Below are positions 22,642-36,548 of a stretch of 64,000 nucleotides of DNA, in pieces; the stretch's first letter is position 1; every line of letters starts with the position of its first letter. The notes under the pieces are model-generated. The model did not search any database and was not told the origin of the DNA. It worked only from the letters and a program-made list of their open reading frames with translations. The translations under genes and the position numbers were made by a program. Source of the DNA: the human T2T-CHM13v2.0 reference genome, Homo sapiens; the NCBI RefSeq assembly GCF_009914755.1, contig NC_060947.1; one strand, 5' to 3'.

Positions 22642-24296
22642 ATTACATTAGCAAGGTGATGGACTAGAAAGCTCCAGGCCCTTACCTCTTCATGGGAACA
22701 TCAGGTAAACAACAGACTGACTAAAATAGCTTTGAGAGAGCTCTAGCAATAAGTAAAAAATCTGCAGCAATGAAGCAAATGTTGAATCAACATAAAACCA
22801 CGCTCAAAATGATGGAAAACTTGTTGAAATTTTTGTTCAAACTTACCTCACCCCTTCCCTGAAACTGAGTCGAAGGAGGGAAGCCACTCTACTGCTGATT
22901 TTTCCTTTGAGATAAAAATAATAGATTGGAACTGCTGGCAACTTTCTGACCTGTTTAAGTACTGCTGAGAGACTGGTTTCCATCCCAACTGATGACTTCA
23001 GATGAGAATAGCTGCATAGCTTGAAATAGGTCAGATATCAAGCTGTAAAGGACACAGAAATCAGGAGTGAGTGCCACAGCATGTGAAGGCTGCAGAAATA
23101 TTGCAGATGCACGCAGGTCTGGGGGCAAAAGATAACATGGTGATAAATACCATAGAACATAAATCACCCCAAGAAGAAGCAAGCATAAGACTTTTAGGAA
23201 ATTAAGGCATTTAACAATAACCAAGTATACAGGAGAATTAGCATATTCAAAGGAACAAAATAAATCTCTAGAAATTTACACTAAATAAACACAGGCTTTG
23301 GACCTAAAAAACAAAGATGTGAAAACAGAAGTTTAAAATATGCTCAAAGAGCTAAAAATTAACACAGAAAGAAAACTAAAAGAAAACAAAAAATAATATG
23401 TAAATGAAACTATTAGCAGAGACCGAAATTATTTTTAAATTCTGAAACTGAAGTATATGATAACTAAGTTAAAAACTTTAGAAGTTCAGCAGCAGAATTG
23501 AACTCGAATAAAAAATAATCAGCAAATTTAAAGACTGGTAATTTTACTGTCACAAGAATTAAAAAAAAAAAAGCCAAAGGATAAAAGAGGAGAAAAAAGT
23601 AAAAACAAGTGAACAGAGCCTAAGAGACTAATGATATACCAGAAAATAGAATAATATATTCATTATGAAAATTCTATAAAAATAAAAAGAGAAAGGGACA
23701 AAAAGGTTATTTGAAGAAATATTGGCCAACTTCCCAGTTTGATGAATGACATGGATGTACAAATACAGGAAGCTAAAGAACCTCAACAGAATGAATTAAA
23801 TGAGAACTACACTGAGATAAGTAATAATTTCACTGTATAAAGACAAGCAAAAAGAATTATATTGAAAGCAGCAAAAGAAAAATGAATCATCAAATACAAA
23901 GAATCCTCGATAAGATTAACAGTGGATATCTTAACAGAAACTTTTGAGGTCAGAGGCAATGAGATGACAAATTTTGAGTGCTAAAAATACCCTATATCAT
24001 CTAAAAATTCTATGTCTAGGAAAACAATTCTTCAAATATAAGGGGGAAATTAAGGCTTTCTGTAAAAGCAGAAGCTCAGAGAGTGTATTACCATATGTCC
24101 ATCATACATAAATGCTAAAAGGAGCCCTTAAAGTTGAAATGAAAGGATATACACAGAAACTAAAAGCCATATCAAAATATAAAATCACCTAATAAAGGAA
24201 AATGCATTAACAAATATAAAAAGTATTATTTTTATTTTCTTGCATAACTACTTCTAATTCTTTTATATATTTACAATAAAAAGCATAAAATATCAC

Positions 24297-24937
24297 TGTT
24301 ACCCTGTGTTGCATTTCTATAAAGGAATAGCTGAGGCTGGGTAATTTATTTAAAAAAAAAGATTTAACTGGATCATGGTTCTGCAGGCTTTACAGCATAG
24401 AACCAGCATCTGTTTGGCTTCTGCTGAGGCCTCTAGAATCTTTTACTCATGGCAGAAGGCAAAAGGGATCAGGCATGTCACATGGTGAGAGTAGGAGGAA
24501 GAGAGAGGAGAGAGGCACTAAACTCTTTTTTTTTAATATATTTATTTATTTGTTTTTTATTATACTTTAAGTTTTAGGGTACATGTGCACATTGTGCAGG
24601 TTAGTTACCTATGTATACATGTGCCATGCTGGTGTGCTGCACCCACTAACTCGTCATCTAGCATTAGGTATATCTCCCAATGCTATCCCTCCCCCCTCCC
24701 CCCACCCCACAACAGTCCCCAGAGTGTGATGTTCCCTTTCCTGTGTCCATGTGATCTCATTGTTCAATTCTTTTAACAACAAAATCTCATGTGAGCCCAT
24801 TACTAAGGGTAGGGCATGAAGCTATTCATGAGGAATTTGAACCTATGACCCAAATACCTCCTACAAGGTCTCACCTCCAACACTGACGATTACATTATAA
24901 CATGGGATTTGGAAGAGGCACCCACTTAAACCATATA
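24297..24937 (-). mobile_element. MSTB-like solo LTR interrupted by L1PA2
   Basis: CTATAAAGGAATAGCTGAGGCTGGGTAATTTAT...CATGGCAGAAGGCAAA...AAACCATATA. Confidence 0.85.
24526..24769 (-). mobile_element. L1PA2-like 3'UTR (~245 bp)
   Basis: CCCACTAACTCGTCATCTAGCATTAGG (GAG diagnostic), near-consensus. Confidence 0.92.
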
Positions 24938-25030
24938 AAATTTTATGTTAATTGGTATATGATAAATAAATATACAATTTATGACAATAAAATAAACTTG
25001 AAGGTTTGATAAAAAGGTAGAAATTTTCTA

Positions 25031-25577
25031 AAACAGGAGCACCCAGATTCATAAAGCAAGTTCTTAGCTACCTGTAAAAAGACTTAGATAACCACACAAT
25101 ATAGTGGTAGATTTCAACATACCACTGACACTATTAGACAGATCATTGAGGCAGAAAACTAACAAGAACCTGAACTTGACAACTGGCCAAATGTGGCTAA
25201 CAGACATCTATAGAATTCTCCACACAAAAACAACAAAACATACTTTTTTTCTCATTGGCACATGGTACATATTCTAAAATTGACTACACAGTTTTTCATA
25301 AAACAAATCTCAGAAAATTTAAAGAAAGCTGAAATTATGCCAAACACATTATCAGGCCACAGTGCACTACAAATAGAAATCAATAAGAAGGAAATTGCTC
25401 AAAACCATACAATTACATGAAAGGTAAACAACTTATGCTTGACTGACTTTTGAATAAATAAGAAAATCAAGGCAAAAACTTATAAATTCTTTGAAACTAA
25501 TAAGAACAAAGATACACCATACTAGACTCTTTGGGACACAGTTAAAGCAGTGTTAAGAGGAAAGTTTATAGTACTAA
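25031..25577 (+). mobile_element. Isolated L1P ORF2 endonuclease-region fragment without 3'UTR
   Basis: ACAGGAGCACCCAGATTCATAAAGCAAG (TGAPRFIKQ) to AAAGCAGTGTTAAGAGGAAAGTTTATAG (KAVLRGKFI); flanked by AAAT(T/C)TTCTA. Confidence 0.8.
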
Positions 25578-25591
25578 AAATCTTCTATTGG

Positions 25592-25865
25592 CAGTCACAA
25601 AATGCAAAATACTGCACAATTTCAATTCCACCTATATGAGTCATCTGGAGTAATCAAACTAATAGAAACAGAAACTAGAATTGTGGTTTCCAGCGGCTGA
25701 GGGAGCGAGAGAAATGGGTAATTTTTGTTTAGTTTCAATCAAGTTTCAGTTTTGCAAATTGAAATGTTCTGAACATTGTGCAACAATGTTTATATGCTTA
25801 ACAACAATGATGTGTAAACTTAGTTAAGATAAATTTTGTTATGCATTTTTTATCATAGCATAAAA
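25592..25865 (+). mobile_element. L1MB/L1MA10-like 3'UTR fragment
   Basis: CAGTCACAAAA..ATACTGCA..TTCCACCTATATGAG..AAGTTTCAGTTTTGCAA. Confidence 0.7.
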
Positions 25866-26694
25866 TTTAAGTATCTGTTTTAAAAACTAGAGGTGTTGTA
25901 TGCAATTAATATTAATTTGGTATCAGTTAATAATATATTATGATTATTTTTACAATGTTATATGTAATCATCATGGTAAACACAAGTAAAATTTTATATA
26001 TATATATATATGATGAGAGTAAAATGTGTCATTATGAGCTATCAACTACAAATATAAGAATATAGAATGAAAAAAAGGAGGTAAGAATGGCTATGACATA
26101 TATAAAAGAAATAACAGAATGACAATACTAAGTCTTTCCTTATCAGTAATTATTTTTAAAATATTTAAAAAAATTACTCCTGAAGCAAAAGTCATAAATG
26201 AGCAGATGGTTTAAAATAATAACATAATAATAATAAACAAAATCCAACTATATAGAATCTATAAGAACTTAGTTTAGATGTAAGGACACAGACATAAGGA
26301 TTGAAAAAATATATAACATGCAAATAGTAACTAAAAGAGAGCAGGAGGGTGCTACATTAATATTAGACAAAGTATACTTTCAGTATAAAAAGTCTCTCAT
26401 AAGAGATAAGAAAGGATATTATATTTAATAAAGGGATCAATTCACTATAAAGGTAAAATCATCATAAACATATACATACAATTATTATTTCCCAAACATA
26501 TGAAGCAAATATTACAGAATGGAAGGGAGAAATAGACACTGTAAAATAACAGTCTTCATTATTTCACATTCACTAATAAACAGAAAAATCAGACAGAAGA
26601 AAAATAAGAAAATAGAAGACTTGAACAACACTAAAGAACAATTGCATCTAACATACATATAGCAAACAAACACTCCACCAAACAGTAGCACAAC

Positions 26695-28940
26695 TATTGA
26701 GAAAAGGATTCCAATAAAAAATAAATTTATAAAATTTAAAAGAAGATTCAAAATACTGATCTTAAAGAAATTCAGTCAGATAAAAAATACTGAAAAATAT
26801 TATTGATAAAAATAATCAGGATGTGAATAAAAATTTTACCAAAGAGATATATATTTTAGAACCCCAAACAGATTTTGGAATGGAAAACTGACTTCACTGA
26901 ATAAAATATAAAACACATTGAAAAACTTCAATAGAATAAATTAAGAAGAAGTTAAACTTACAAAACTTGAAGCCATGTCTTCTGAGATAACCCACTCAGA
27001 ACAAAAAATTAAAACATATGAGCAGTATGTTGAGACATATGGTATACCATAAAGTGACCAAATATTCAAGATATCAGTGTCACAGAAAGCAAAGAGAGGG
27101 AGAAAAAAAAGTGTTAGATTACCTATTTAAAAAAATAATAGATGAAAACCACCCAAATCTAGGCAAGAGATTTCAACATCCAGATACAGGAGGCTCAGAG
27201 ATCCCCAAACAAATAAAATGGAAAAATGTCTTCTTTATGACACACTACACAAAAACTGTCTAATGTCAAAGACAAACAAATAATTGTAAAAACAACAAGG
27301 GAAAAGCACTGTGACCTATAAAGGGAGCCCCATCAGACTAACAGCAAATTTTCCATCAGAAATATTACAGGCCTAAGGAGAATGGAATGATATACTCAAA
27401 GTGATCAAAGCAAAAAAACTGTCACCTAAAGATACTATACCCAGAAAAAATTATCCATCATAAATTTTATAAAGTAGAAGTTATATCACAATGTCTAGAC
27501 CAGCCATACAAGTTAATTCACAATCTCAAGACAAGCCATACAAGAATTTCTCAAGGTACAACTAAACCTGGAAGTGAAAATATGACATTTATTATCACAG
27601 AAACAAAAGTATAAAACTCACTGGTAAGGCAAACAACTGACCAAGAGAAAAGACTCAAATTATACCACTACAAAAAAAAAAAAAACACTAAACCACAATA
27701 ACAAACAGTAAGAGAAAGAAAACGAATAAAGAGTGTACAAAACAACCAGAAAACAATTACCAATGCGATAGAAATAACACCTCAAATATCAATAGCAACA
27801 CTGAAAGTAAATTTACTAAATCATCCACTTAAAATATTAAGACTGGCTGAATGATAGTAAAAGAATACATAAACTAAATATATTCTACATACAAGATACA
27901 CGTTACCTTCAAGGCACATATAGACTGAAAGTAAAGTTATGAAAAAAAAGATATTGTAGCTAAACAGAAATGAAAAGCAAGCAGGAGTAGTTATTCTTAT
28001 ATTAGATAAAACAGACTTTAAGTCAAAAACTGTAAACCAAACAATGTCATTGTATAATTGTAAAATGACCAAGGTATCCAAGTGATACAAAAATTCTCTC
28101 TATATATTCATTCATCACTGGATCAGCCAAATTTATTATCTAACAACTGCAGAATAGAGTCTTTTCAGCAGCACAACAAACATACTGTAGGATAGACCAT
28201 ATGTTAGGCCAAAAACAAATTTCAAGAAATTTTTAAACATCTAAATCATATCAAGTCTTCTCAGACTACATTGAAATAAAGCTAGAAATAAATAATAAGA
28301 GAAACTTTGGAAAATATAAAAATACATGGAAAATAAACCAAATACTTCTAAAGATTATTGGGTCATGTAGAAATAAAGATAAAAATTTTTTAACAATGGA
28401 TTGGACATGGTGGCTCATGCCTGTAACCCCAGAACTCTTGGAGGTTGCGGTGGGTGGTTCACTTGAACCCAGGAGTTCAAGACATCCCTGAGTAAATGGC
28501 AAAACCCTGTCTCTACAAAAAGTACAAAGATTAGCTGTGTGTATTGGTGCATACCTGTAGTCCAAGCTATTTGACAGACTGAGGTGGGAGAAAGGCTTGA
28601 ACCCAATAGGTTTAGGCTACTGTGAGCTGTGATTGCACCACTGTACTCCATCCTGGAGGAGAGGGTGAGATGCTGTCTCAATAAATAAATAAATTTTTAA
28701 AAATTAAATTTGAAATAAATAAAAATGACCATATAGTGTAAGAAAAACATAAATTTACCTAAAACTGTGCTGAGTAAAGTTTAAAGCAACAGACATCTAC
28801 ATCAAAAAAGTTATAAAAATTCCAAAAAAAAAATCTAACAATGGACCTAACAAAGTAGAAAAGCAAGAATTAACCAAACATAATATAAGCAGAATAAAAA
28901 CAATTAAGATAAAAAGAGAACAAAAAAATATGTACACTAA
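26695..28940 (+). mobile_element. Second-layer L1M (ORF1 to ORF2 N-terminal part); resumes at ~36553
   Basis: ORF1-like GAAGATTCAAAATACTGATCTTAAAGAAATTCAG; ORF2 breaks at AAAAATATGTACACTAA (28924-28940) and resumes at AAAAGTATATATACTAA (~36553-36569), a degenerate TSD. Confidence 0.75.
28398..28693 (+). mobile_element. AluJ
   Basis: CACTTGAACCCAGGAGTTCAAG, GAGCTGTGATTGCACC, GAGGGTGAGATGCTGTCTC; (TAAA)n tail. Confidence 0.9.
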
Positions 28941-30699
28941 GGAAGTGGGAAAAGAGCAAGATAGTGAAATAGAAGGCTGCACCGATTGTCCCACTCAGCA
29001 CACCAATTCAACAACTTTTTACACAGGAAAAGCAACTTCACAAGAACTGAAAATGAGCTGAGCACTCACTGTACCTGGTTGTAATTTTATATCACTGAGA
29101 CACCAAAGAGGTAGAAAATAATGTCTTGAATTACCAGTGGCAACCCTCCCTCATTTGATGGCAGAGGCGATGTGCTGCAGAGAGCATTTCTTTGCAGTTG
29201 GATGATGGAGAGCATAGCAAATGTGAGGCATTAAACTCAGTACTTCCCTGTTATAGCGGAAAGAATAACTGGACCAAATTCAGCTGATGCTCGAACATGG
29301 AGAAAGCATTTAAACCAACCCTTTGCCAGAAGGAAGTTGCAAATCCCAGTCATAGAAACTCAAGTTTCCACAAGCCCTTTCCCCACAAGCTAAAGTGATA
29401 TGGGGCTCAAAATATACTTTAAAGGCAATATAGGCCATAAAGACTGCAACTCCTAAGCGAGTTCTAGTGCTAATCTGGGCCAAGAGCCAGAGGACAGGGG
29501 TGCACATGACCTACTGACACACCAGCAGGGATTGCTAAAGGAGTGCTGGTTTTAGCACTACCTTAACCCAAATTTGCACAGCACATGGCCCCAACAGAGA
29601 CCACCTTTAGAAAAGGGAGGGAAAAGTAGGAAAAGAGGATACAGTCTTTGTTTGAGTGCCAGATCAACTGCATTATGTTAGAATACTACGTAGACTTTAA
29701 AAAATTTTGAGCCTAGTGAGTGGTTCCTAGATGGTGTGACTGGACCTGACTGGGGCCTGTGGCAACTGGTGGCTCTGAAGGGAAGGACACAGGCCTGACT
29801 GGCTTTGCCATCTTCTGAATGTAGAACTTCAGGTACTTGAGTGAACATAAGCTGTAGCCAAATAGATGTTACAGCTGGCCTTGGGTGAAATCCAGAGCTT
29901 TGCTGGCAGCAGGCTTGACCAAGTGCAGTCCTGGTTGTGGTGGAAACAGAAGGACTTGTGTCATTCCACCCTAGCATAAAGTGGCTCAGAACAAAGTGAG
30001 ACTCTGTATCTTTGGAATAAAGAAAGAGAAGAAAATAAGAGTTTCTGCCAATCACACCAGATAATTCTCCTGCATCATTTCCAAGACCATAAAGGCAGTA
30101 TGTCTATGACTCCGCAAGAACCACAGCCTTATTGGGTTTGGGATGTCCCCTAAAGCAGATGCAGTTTTGATCACAACACCAAAGTCTTTTCAACTATCTG
30201 GAAATTCTCTTAAGAAGGATGGCTAAAAATAAGCCCAGACAGTGAAGACTACAAGAAATACCAACTTTTCAATGCCCACAAACTGAAGATCATCTATAAG
30301 TATTAAAATTGTCCAGGAAAAAAAATATGACCTCACCAAATGAACTAAATAAGGTACCAGGGGCCAATCCTGGAGAAACAGAGATTTGTGATCATTCAGA
30401 AAGAGAATTCAAAATAACTGTCTTGAGGAAACTCAAAGACATTCATGATAACACAGAGAAGACAATCAGAATTCTATCAGATAAATTTAACAAAGATATT
30501 GAAATAATTTTAAAAAATCAAGATGATATTCTGGAGCTGGAAAATGCAATTGGTGTACTGAAGAATGAATCAGGGTTCTTTAATAGCAGGATGGATGAAG
30601 CAGAAGAAATAATTAGAAAGCTTGAAGACAGTTTATTTGAAAATATACAGTCAGAGAAGAAAGCGAAAAAAGTAAAACAAACAAACAAAAAAAGAAGCA
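28941..30699 (+). mobile_element. Third-layer L1MA 5'UTR and ORF1 N-terminal half
   Basis: GAGCAAGATAGTGAAATAGAAGGCTGC start; ORF 30309..30707 is ORF1 coiled-coil (SEREFKITVLRKL...RMDEAEEIIRKLED). Confidence 0.85.
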
Positions 30700-33347
30700 T
30701 GTATTAGTTCCTTCTCACAATGCTATAAAGAACTACCTGACACTGGGTAATTTATAAGTAAAAGAGGTTTAATTGCCCTAAAGTTCCATAGGCTGTGCAG
30801 AAAGCATGGCTGGGGAGTTTTCAGGAAACATACAATCATGACAGAAGGTGAAGGGGAACCAGGCACATCTTACATGGCCAGAGCAGTAGAAGACAGCCAA
30901 GAGGAAGGTGCTACACACATTTAAACAACCAGATCTTCTGAAAACTCACTCACTATCATGAGAACAGCAAAGGGTAAGTCTGCCCCCATGATCCAATCAC
31001 CTCCCACCAGGCCCATCCTCCAAAATTGGGGATTACAATTAGACATGAGATTTGGGCAGGAATACCTTTTCAAATCATATTATTCTACCCTTGGCGCCTC
31101 CCAAATCTCATGTACTTCTCACATTGCAAAATATAATTATTCTTTCTCAACAGTCCTCCAGTCTTTACTCATCTGAGACAACGTAATTCCCTTCTGGCTA
31201 TGGGCCTGTAGTATCAAAAACAAGTAAGTTACTTCCAAGATACAATTGGGATATAGGTATTGGTAAATATTACATTTCCAAAAGGGAGAAATTGGCCAAA
31301 ACAAAGAAGCTACAGGTCCTATGAAAGTTCAAAACCCAACAGGGCTGTCTTTAAATCTTAGAATTCCAAAGTAATCTACTTTGACTCCATGTCTCACATC
31401 CAGCCTACACTGATGCAAGGGGTGAGCTCTCAAGCCCTTTGGCAGCTCCACTCTTGTAGTTCTGCAGCATATAGCCCCAGTGGCTGCTTTCATGGGCCAG
31501 CATTGAGTGCCTGTGGCTTTTTCAGGTGCACAGTGCAAGCTGTCAGTGAATCTACCATTATGGGATCTGGAGGATGGTGACCCTCTTCTCACCCCTCCAC
31601 TAAGCAATGCCCCTGTGAGGTCTCTATGTGGGGGCTCCATCCCCACATTTCTCATCTGCACTGCCATAGTAGATGTCTTCCATGGGGGCTCCACCCCACC
31701 ACAGACTTCTGCCTGGACATTCAGGTATTTCCATATATACTTTGAAATCCAGGCAGAGGCTTCCAAGCCTCAACTCCTGCCTTCTGCACACACACAAGTG
31801 CCACAGCATGTGGAAGCCACCAAGGCTTGTGACTTGCACTCTGAAGCAATGGCCCTAGTTGTACATTGGCCTTTATCAGACATGGCTGAAAATGGAGCTG
31901 GAGTGGCTGCGATGCAGGATGCCATGTCATGACACTGAACAGAGCAGTGGGGCCCTGGGCATGGTCCACAAAACCATTTTTCTTATCATAGGCCTCCTAT
32001 GATGAGAGGGGCTGTTGAGAAGGTCTCTGAAATGCACTGGAAGCATTTTCCACATTGTCCTGGCTATTAATATTTGGCTCTTCTTTACTTATGCAAGTTT
32101 ATGCAGCCTTGAATTCCTCCCCAGGAATTGTGTTTTTCTTTTCTGCCACATTGTTGTGCTACAAATTTTCCAAACATTTATGCTCTGCTTCCCTTTTAAA
32201 TATAAGTTCCAGTTTCAGATAATCTGTTTGCTCATGCATATAAGCACATAATGTTACAAGCAGCCAGACCACATCCTGAATGCTTTGCTGCTTAGAAATT
32301 TTAAGTTCCACACATCTCTAGAGCAGGGGCATGATGTCACCAGTCTCTTTGCTAAAGCATAGCAAGAGTGACCTTTACTCCAGTTTCCAATAAGTTTCTC
32401 ATCCCCATCTGAGTCCACCTCACTCTGGGCTTCACTGTCAATATCATCATCAGCATTTTGGTCTAAACCATTCAACAGGTCTCTAGGAAGTTCCAAACTT
32501 TTCCTCATTTTTTCTGTCTTCTTTTGAGCCCCCCAAACAGTTCCAACCTCTGCCCAATACCGAGTTCCAAAGCTGCTTCCACATTTTCAGGTATATTTAC
32601 AGCAATTCTCCACTTCTCTGGTACCAATTTTCCGTATTAGTCTATTCTCACACTGCTGTAAAGGACTACCTGAGGCTGAGTAACTGATTAATAAAAGAGG
32701 TTTAATTGAGTCACATTTCCACAAACTGTATAGGAGGCATGGCTGGGGAAGCCTCAGGAAGCTTACAATCATGGCAGAAGGTGAAGAGGAAGCAAATATG
32801 TCTTACAATGGTGGAGCAGGACAGGGAAAGAGAGAGTGAGGGGGGAAGTGACACATGCTTTGAAACCATTATGTCTTGTGAGAACTCACTCACCATCAAA
32901 AAAACAGCAAGGGGGTAATTCACCCCCATGATCCAATAACCTCCCACCAGTTTTGTCCTTGAACATCAAGAATTACAATTCATAGGCCGGGCATGGTGAC
33001 TCATGCCTGTAATCCCAGCTCTTTGGGAGGCTGAGGCAGGTGTATCACGAGACCAGGAGTTCAAGACCAGCCTGGCCAATATGGTGAAACCTCGTCTCTA
33101 CCAAAAATACAAAAATTAGCTAGGCATGGTGGCATGCACCTATAGTCCCAGCTACTCAGGAGGCTGAGGCAGAAGAATCACTTGAACCCAGGAGGCACAG
33201 GTTCCAATGAGCCAAGATCATGCCACTGCACTCTAGCCTATGCGACAGAGCAAGATTCCATCTCAAAAACAAATAAACAAACAAAAAAACAAAAGAATTA
33301 CAATTCAACATGAGATTTGGGTTAGGACACAGAGCCAAACCATATCA
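30700..33347 (-). mobile_element. Full-length MSTA/THE1D-type MaLR (LTR 30700-31082, internal 31083-32632, LTR 32633-33347)
   Basis: TGTATTAG...AAACCATATCA LTR termini; internal homologous to 59119-60741 in reverse; GGTACCAATTTTC internal boundary. Confidence 0.92.
32985..33292 (+). mobile_element. AluSg-like in MaLR LTR
   Basis: ATCACGAGACCAGGAGTTCAAGACCAGCC; perfect 15-bp TSD AAGAATTACAATTCA (32968-32982, 33293-33307). Confidence 0.92.
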
Positions 33348-34765
33348 AACAGTCACTGGAAAAACAAACAAACAAACAAAACACAGTGTCTTCAATAAAT
33401 GGTGCTGGGAAAATAAGATATTCAAATCAAGAAGAATAGACTCCTATATCTCACCATACACAAAAATTAAATCAAAATGCATTAAAGTCTTAAATCTAAG
33501 ACCTCAAATCATGAAACTTCTACAATAAAACTTTGGAGAAAATCGTCAGGATGTTATTCTGGGCCAAAATTTCTTGAGCAGTACCCCACAAACACAAACA
33601 ACCAAAGCAAGATGGACAAATGGTATTATATTAATTTAAAAAGCTTCTGCACAGCAAACTAAATAGTCAATAAAGTGAAGAGACAGCCTACAGAGTGGAA
33701 GAACATATTTGCAAACTAACCGTCTGACAATAAATTAATAGCAATAATATACAATGAGCTCTAATGACTTTGTATGAGGAAATCTAATAATCTAATAAAA
33801 ACATAAGCAAAATATTTGAACAGATATTTCTGAAAATAAGACATACAAATGGCAAACAGGCATATAAAAATGCTCACCATCAATAATCAGAGTAATGAAA
33901 TTCTAAACTACAATGAGATATAATTTCACCCCAGTTAAATTAGCTTATATCTAAAGTTCAGGCAATAACAAACACAAGCAAGAATGTGTAGAAAAGAAAA
34001 TCCTTGTACATTGTTGGTGGGAATGTAAATTAGTACAACCACTATGGAGAAGAGTTTGGATATTTTACAAAAAACGAAAAATAGAGGTACCATGTGATCC
34101 AGCAATCCCACTGCTGGGTACATACTCCAACGAAGCAAAATCAGTGTATTAAAGAGATATCTGCACTCCTATGTTTGTTGCAGCATTGTTTACAATAGAC
34201 ATACTTTGGAAGCAACCTAAGTTTTCATCAACAGATAAAGAAAATATGGTACATATATACAATAAAGTACTATTTAGTCATAAAAAACAATGAGTTCCAG
34301 TCATTTGAAACAACATGGATGACACTGGAGAGCATTATGTTAAGTGAAAGAAACCAGACACAGGGAGAAAAAAAAAATCACACATTCTCACTTATTTGTG
34401 AGATCTAAAAATAAAAACAACTGAATTAATGGAAATAGAGAGGGTAAGGGTGGTTATTAGAGGCTAGGAAGGCTAGTGAGGGTTTGGGGGAGAGAGGTGG
34501 GGATTGTTAACATAAGGTAGAAAGAATAAATAAGACCTGCTATTTGCTAGCACAACAGGGTGACTGCAGTAAATAATAAGTGTACATTTTAAAATAGCTT
34601 AAAGTGTGTAGTTGAATTGTTTGCACCTCAATAGATAAATTCTCGAGGGGATGGATACTCCATTATTCATGATGTGCTTATTTCTCATTGCATGCCAGTA
34701 TCAAAACAAATCATATATCCCATAAGTATATATGGCTACTATGTACTCACAAAAATTTTTTAAAA
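33348..34765 (+). mobile_element. L1MA1/2-like ORF2 C-terminus and 3'UTR
   Basis: SVFNKWCWEN in ORF 33310..33528; terminus CTACTATGTACTCACAAAAATT. Confidence 0.85.
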
Positions 34766-34774
34766 TTTACAAAC

Positions 34775-36548
34775 ACAAAAATACCCAAAATTAATATACA
34801 AAAATCAGGGCCAGGCAGGGTGGTTCATGCCTGTAATCCCAGAACTTTGGGAGGCCGAGGCAGATGGATCACAAGGTCAAGAGATCAAGACCATCCTGGC
34901 CAACATGGTGAAACCCCATCTCAATTAAAAATACAAAAATTACCTGGGTGTAGTGACACGTGCCTGTAGTCCCAGGTACTCGGTAGTCTGAGGCAGGAGA
35001 ATCGCTTCAACCTGGGAGGTGGAGGTTGCAGTGAGCCAAGATTGTGACACTGCACTCCAGCCTGGCAACAAAGTGAAACTCCGTCAAAAAAAAAAAAAAA
35101 AAAATCAGTAGATTTCTATAGGCCTACAATCTAAAAGAGATTAAAAAGTGATTCTATTTGTAACAGCCACAATAAAATTAAATACCTAAGTATCAACTTA
35201 ACCAAAGAAGTAAAAGATATCTATAATAAAAAATTATACAACACTGATAGAATAAATTGAAGAAGACACAAATTAAAAACAGATATTCAATGTTCATGGA
35301 TTGGCAGAATCAATAATGTTAAAGTGTCCATACTACTCAAAGCAATTTACAGATTAAATGCAGTCTCTTTCAAAATACCAATGACATTCTTTCCAGAAAT
35401 AGAAAAAAATATGAAAATTTATATAAAACTGCAAAAGACCCAGAATAGCCAAAGACATTCTAAGTAAAAACAAACAAACAAACAAACAAAACTAATGGTA
35501 TCACATTGCCTGACTTCAAATTCAAATTTGTGTGCTACAGAGCTATAGTAACCAAAATAGCATAGTACTGGCATAAAAACAGACAAATATACCAAGAGAA
35601 CAGAATGGAGAACCAAGAAACAAATCCAAACACCTATGGTGAACTTATTTTTTACAAAGTTGCCAAGAACATACACTGGGGAAAAGACAGTCTTTTTAGT
35701 AAATGGTGCTGGGAAAACTGGCTATCTATATGCAGAAGAATAAAACTGGACCCCTATTACTCACTGTATACAAAAATTAAGTTAAAATGCATTAATGACT
35801 TCAATCTAATATGTCAAGATATGAAACGTCTACAAAGAAAACATTGTTGAAACTATCAAAACTTTAGTCTGGGTAAAAAATTTTTTGAGTAATACCTTGC
35901 AAACACAGGCAACCAAAGCATAAATGAACAAATGAAATTACATCAAGTATAAAGGCTTCTACACAGAAAGGGAATCAATCAATCAAGTGAAGAGACAACC
36001 TATAGAAATAGAGAAAATATTTGCAAACTATGCATCTGGCATGAAATTAATAACCAAAGTATTTAAGAAGCTCAGACAAGTCTGTAAGAAAAAAAAAACT
36101 AACAATATAATTAAAAGTGGACAAAATATTTAAATATAAATTTCTGAAAAGAAGACACACAAATGGCAAACAGGCATATGGAAAGCTTCTCGACATCATT
36201 AATTATAAGAGTAATGCGAATGAAAAATACTATGAAAGATCATTTCGCACAGTTAAAATAATTTATATCCAAAAATCAGGCAATGACAAGTGCTGGCATG
36301 CTTATGCAGTAAAGGGAATCCATGTACACTGTTGGTAGGAATGTAAATTACTGCAACCACTATGGATAACAGATAAGAAGTGCCTCAAAAAACTAAAAAT
36401 AGATCTACCACATAATACAGAAATCTCACTGCTGGGTATATATCCAAAAGAAAGGAAATCAGTGTATCAAAGAGCTATCTGCACTCCCATGTTTGTTACA
36501 GGACTGTTCACAATAGCTAAGACTGGAAACAACGTAAGTGTTTAAAAA
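34775..36548 (+). mobile_element. L1MA ORF2 (RT to C-terminus), lacking 3'UTR
   Basis: ORF 35605..35850 (KNIHWGKDSLFSKWCWENW); stops at AACAACGTAAGTG before an A-rich tract. Confidence 0.8.
34809..35100 (+). mobile_element. AluSc-like
   Basis: AGGTCAAGAGATCAAGACCATCCTGGCCAAC and CCTGGCAACA; TSD AAAATCAG. Confidence 0.9.

Larger units (their letters stand above)
22645..26692 (+). mobile_element. Old L1 (L1MB/L1M4-like) 5'UTR, ORF1 and ORF2 start; outermost insertion of the nest
   Basis: 5' start AGCAAG..GGACTAGAAAGCTCCAGGCCC; ORF1-like 23250-24150; ORF2 start ~26119 (ATGACAATACTAAGTC..TTATCAGTAATT); interrupted by MST and L1 fragments. Confidence 0.75.

Noticed and set aside
24526-24769. L1HS (Ta/pre-Ta) insertion
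   Set aside because: Diagnostic trinucleotide is GAG, not ACA/ACG, so L1PA2-like
31329-32508. Cluster of 60-175 aa ORFs here and at 59208-60402 as a coding locus
   Set aside because: They lie in MSTA internal sequence, are fragmented across frames and are ordinary MaLR remnants
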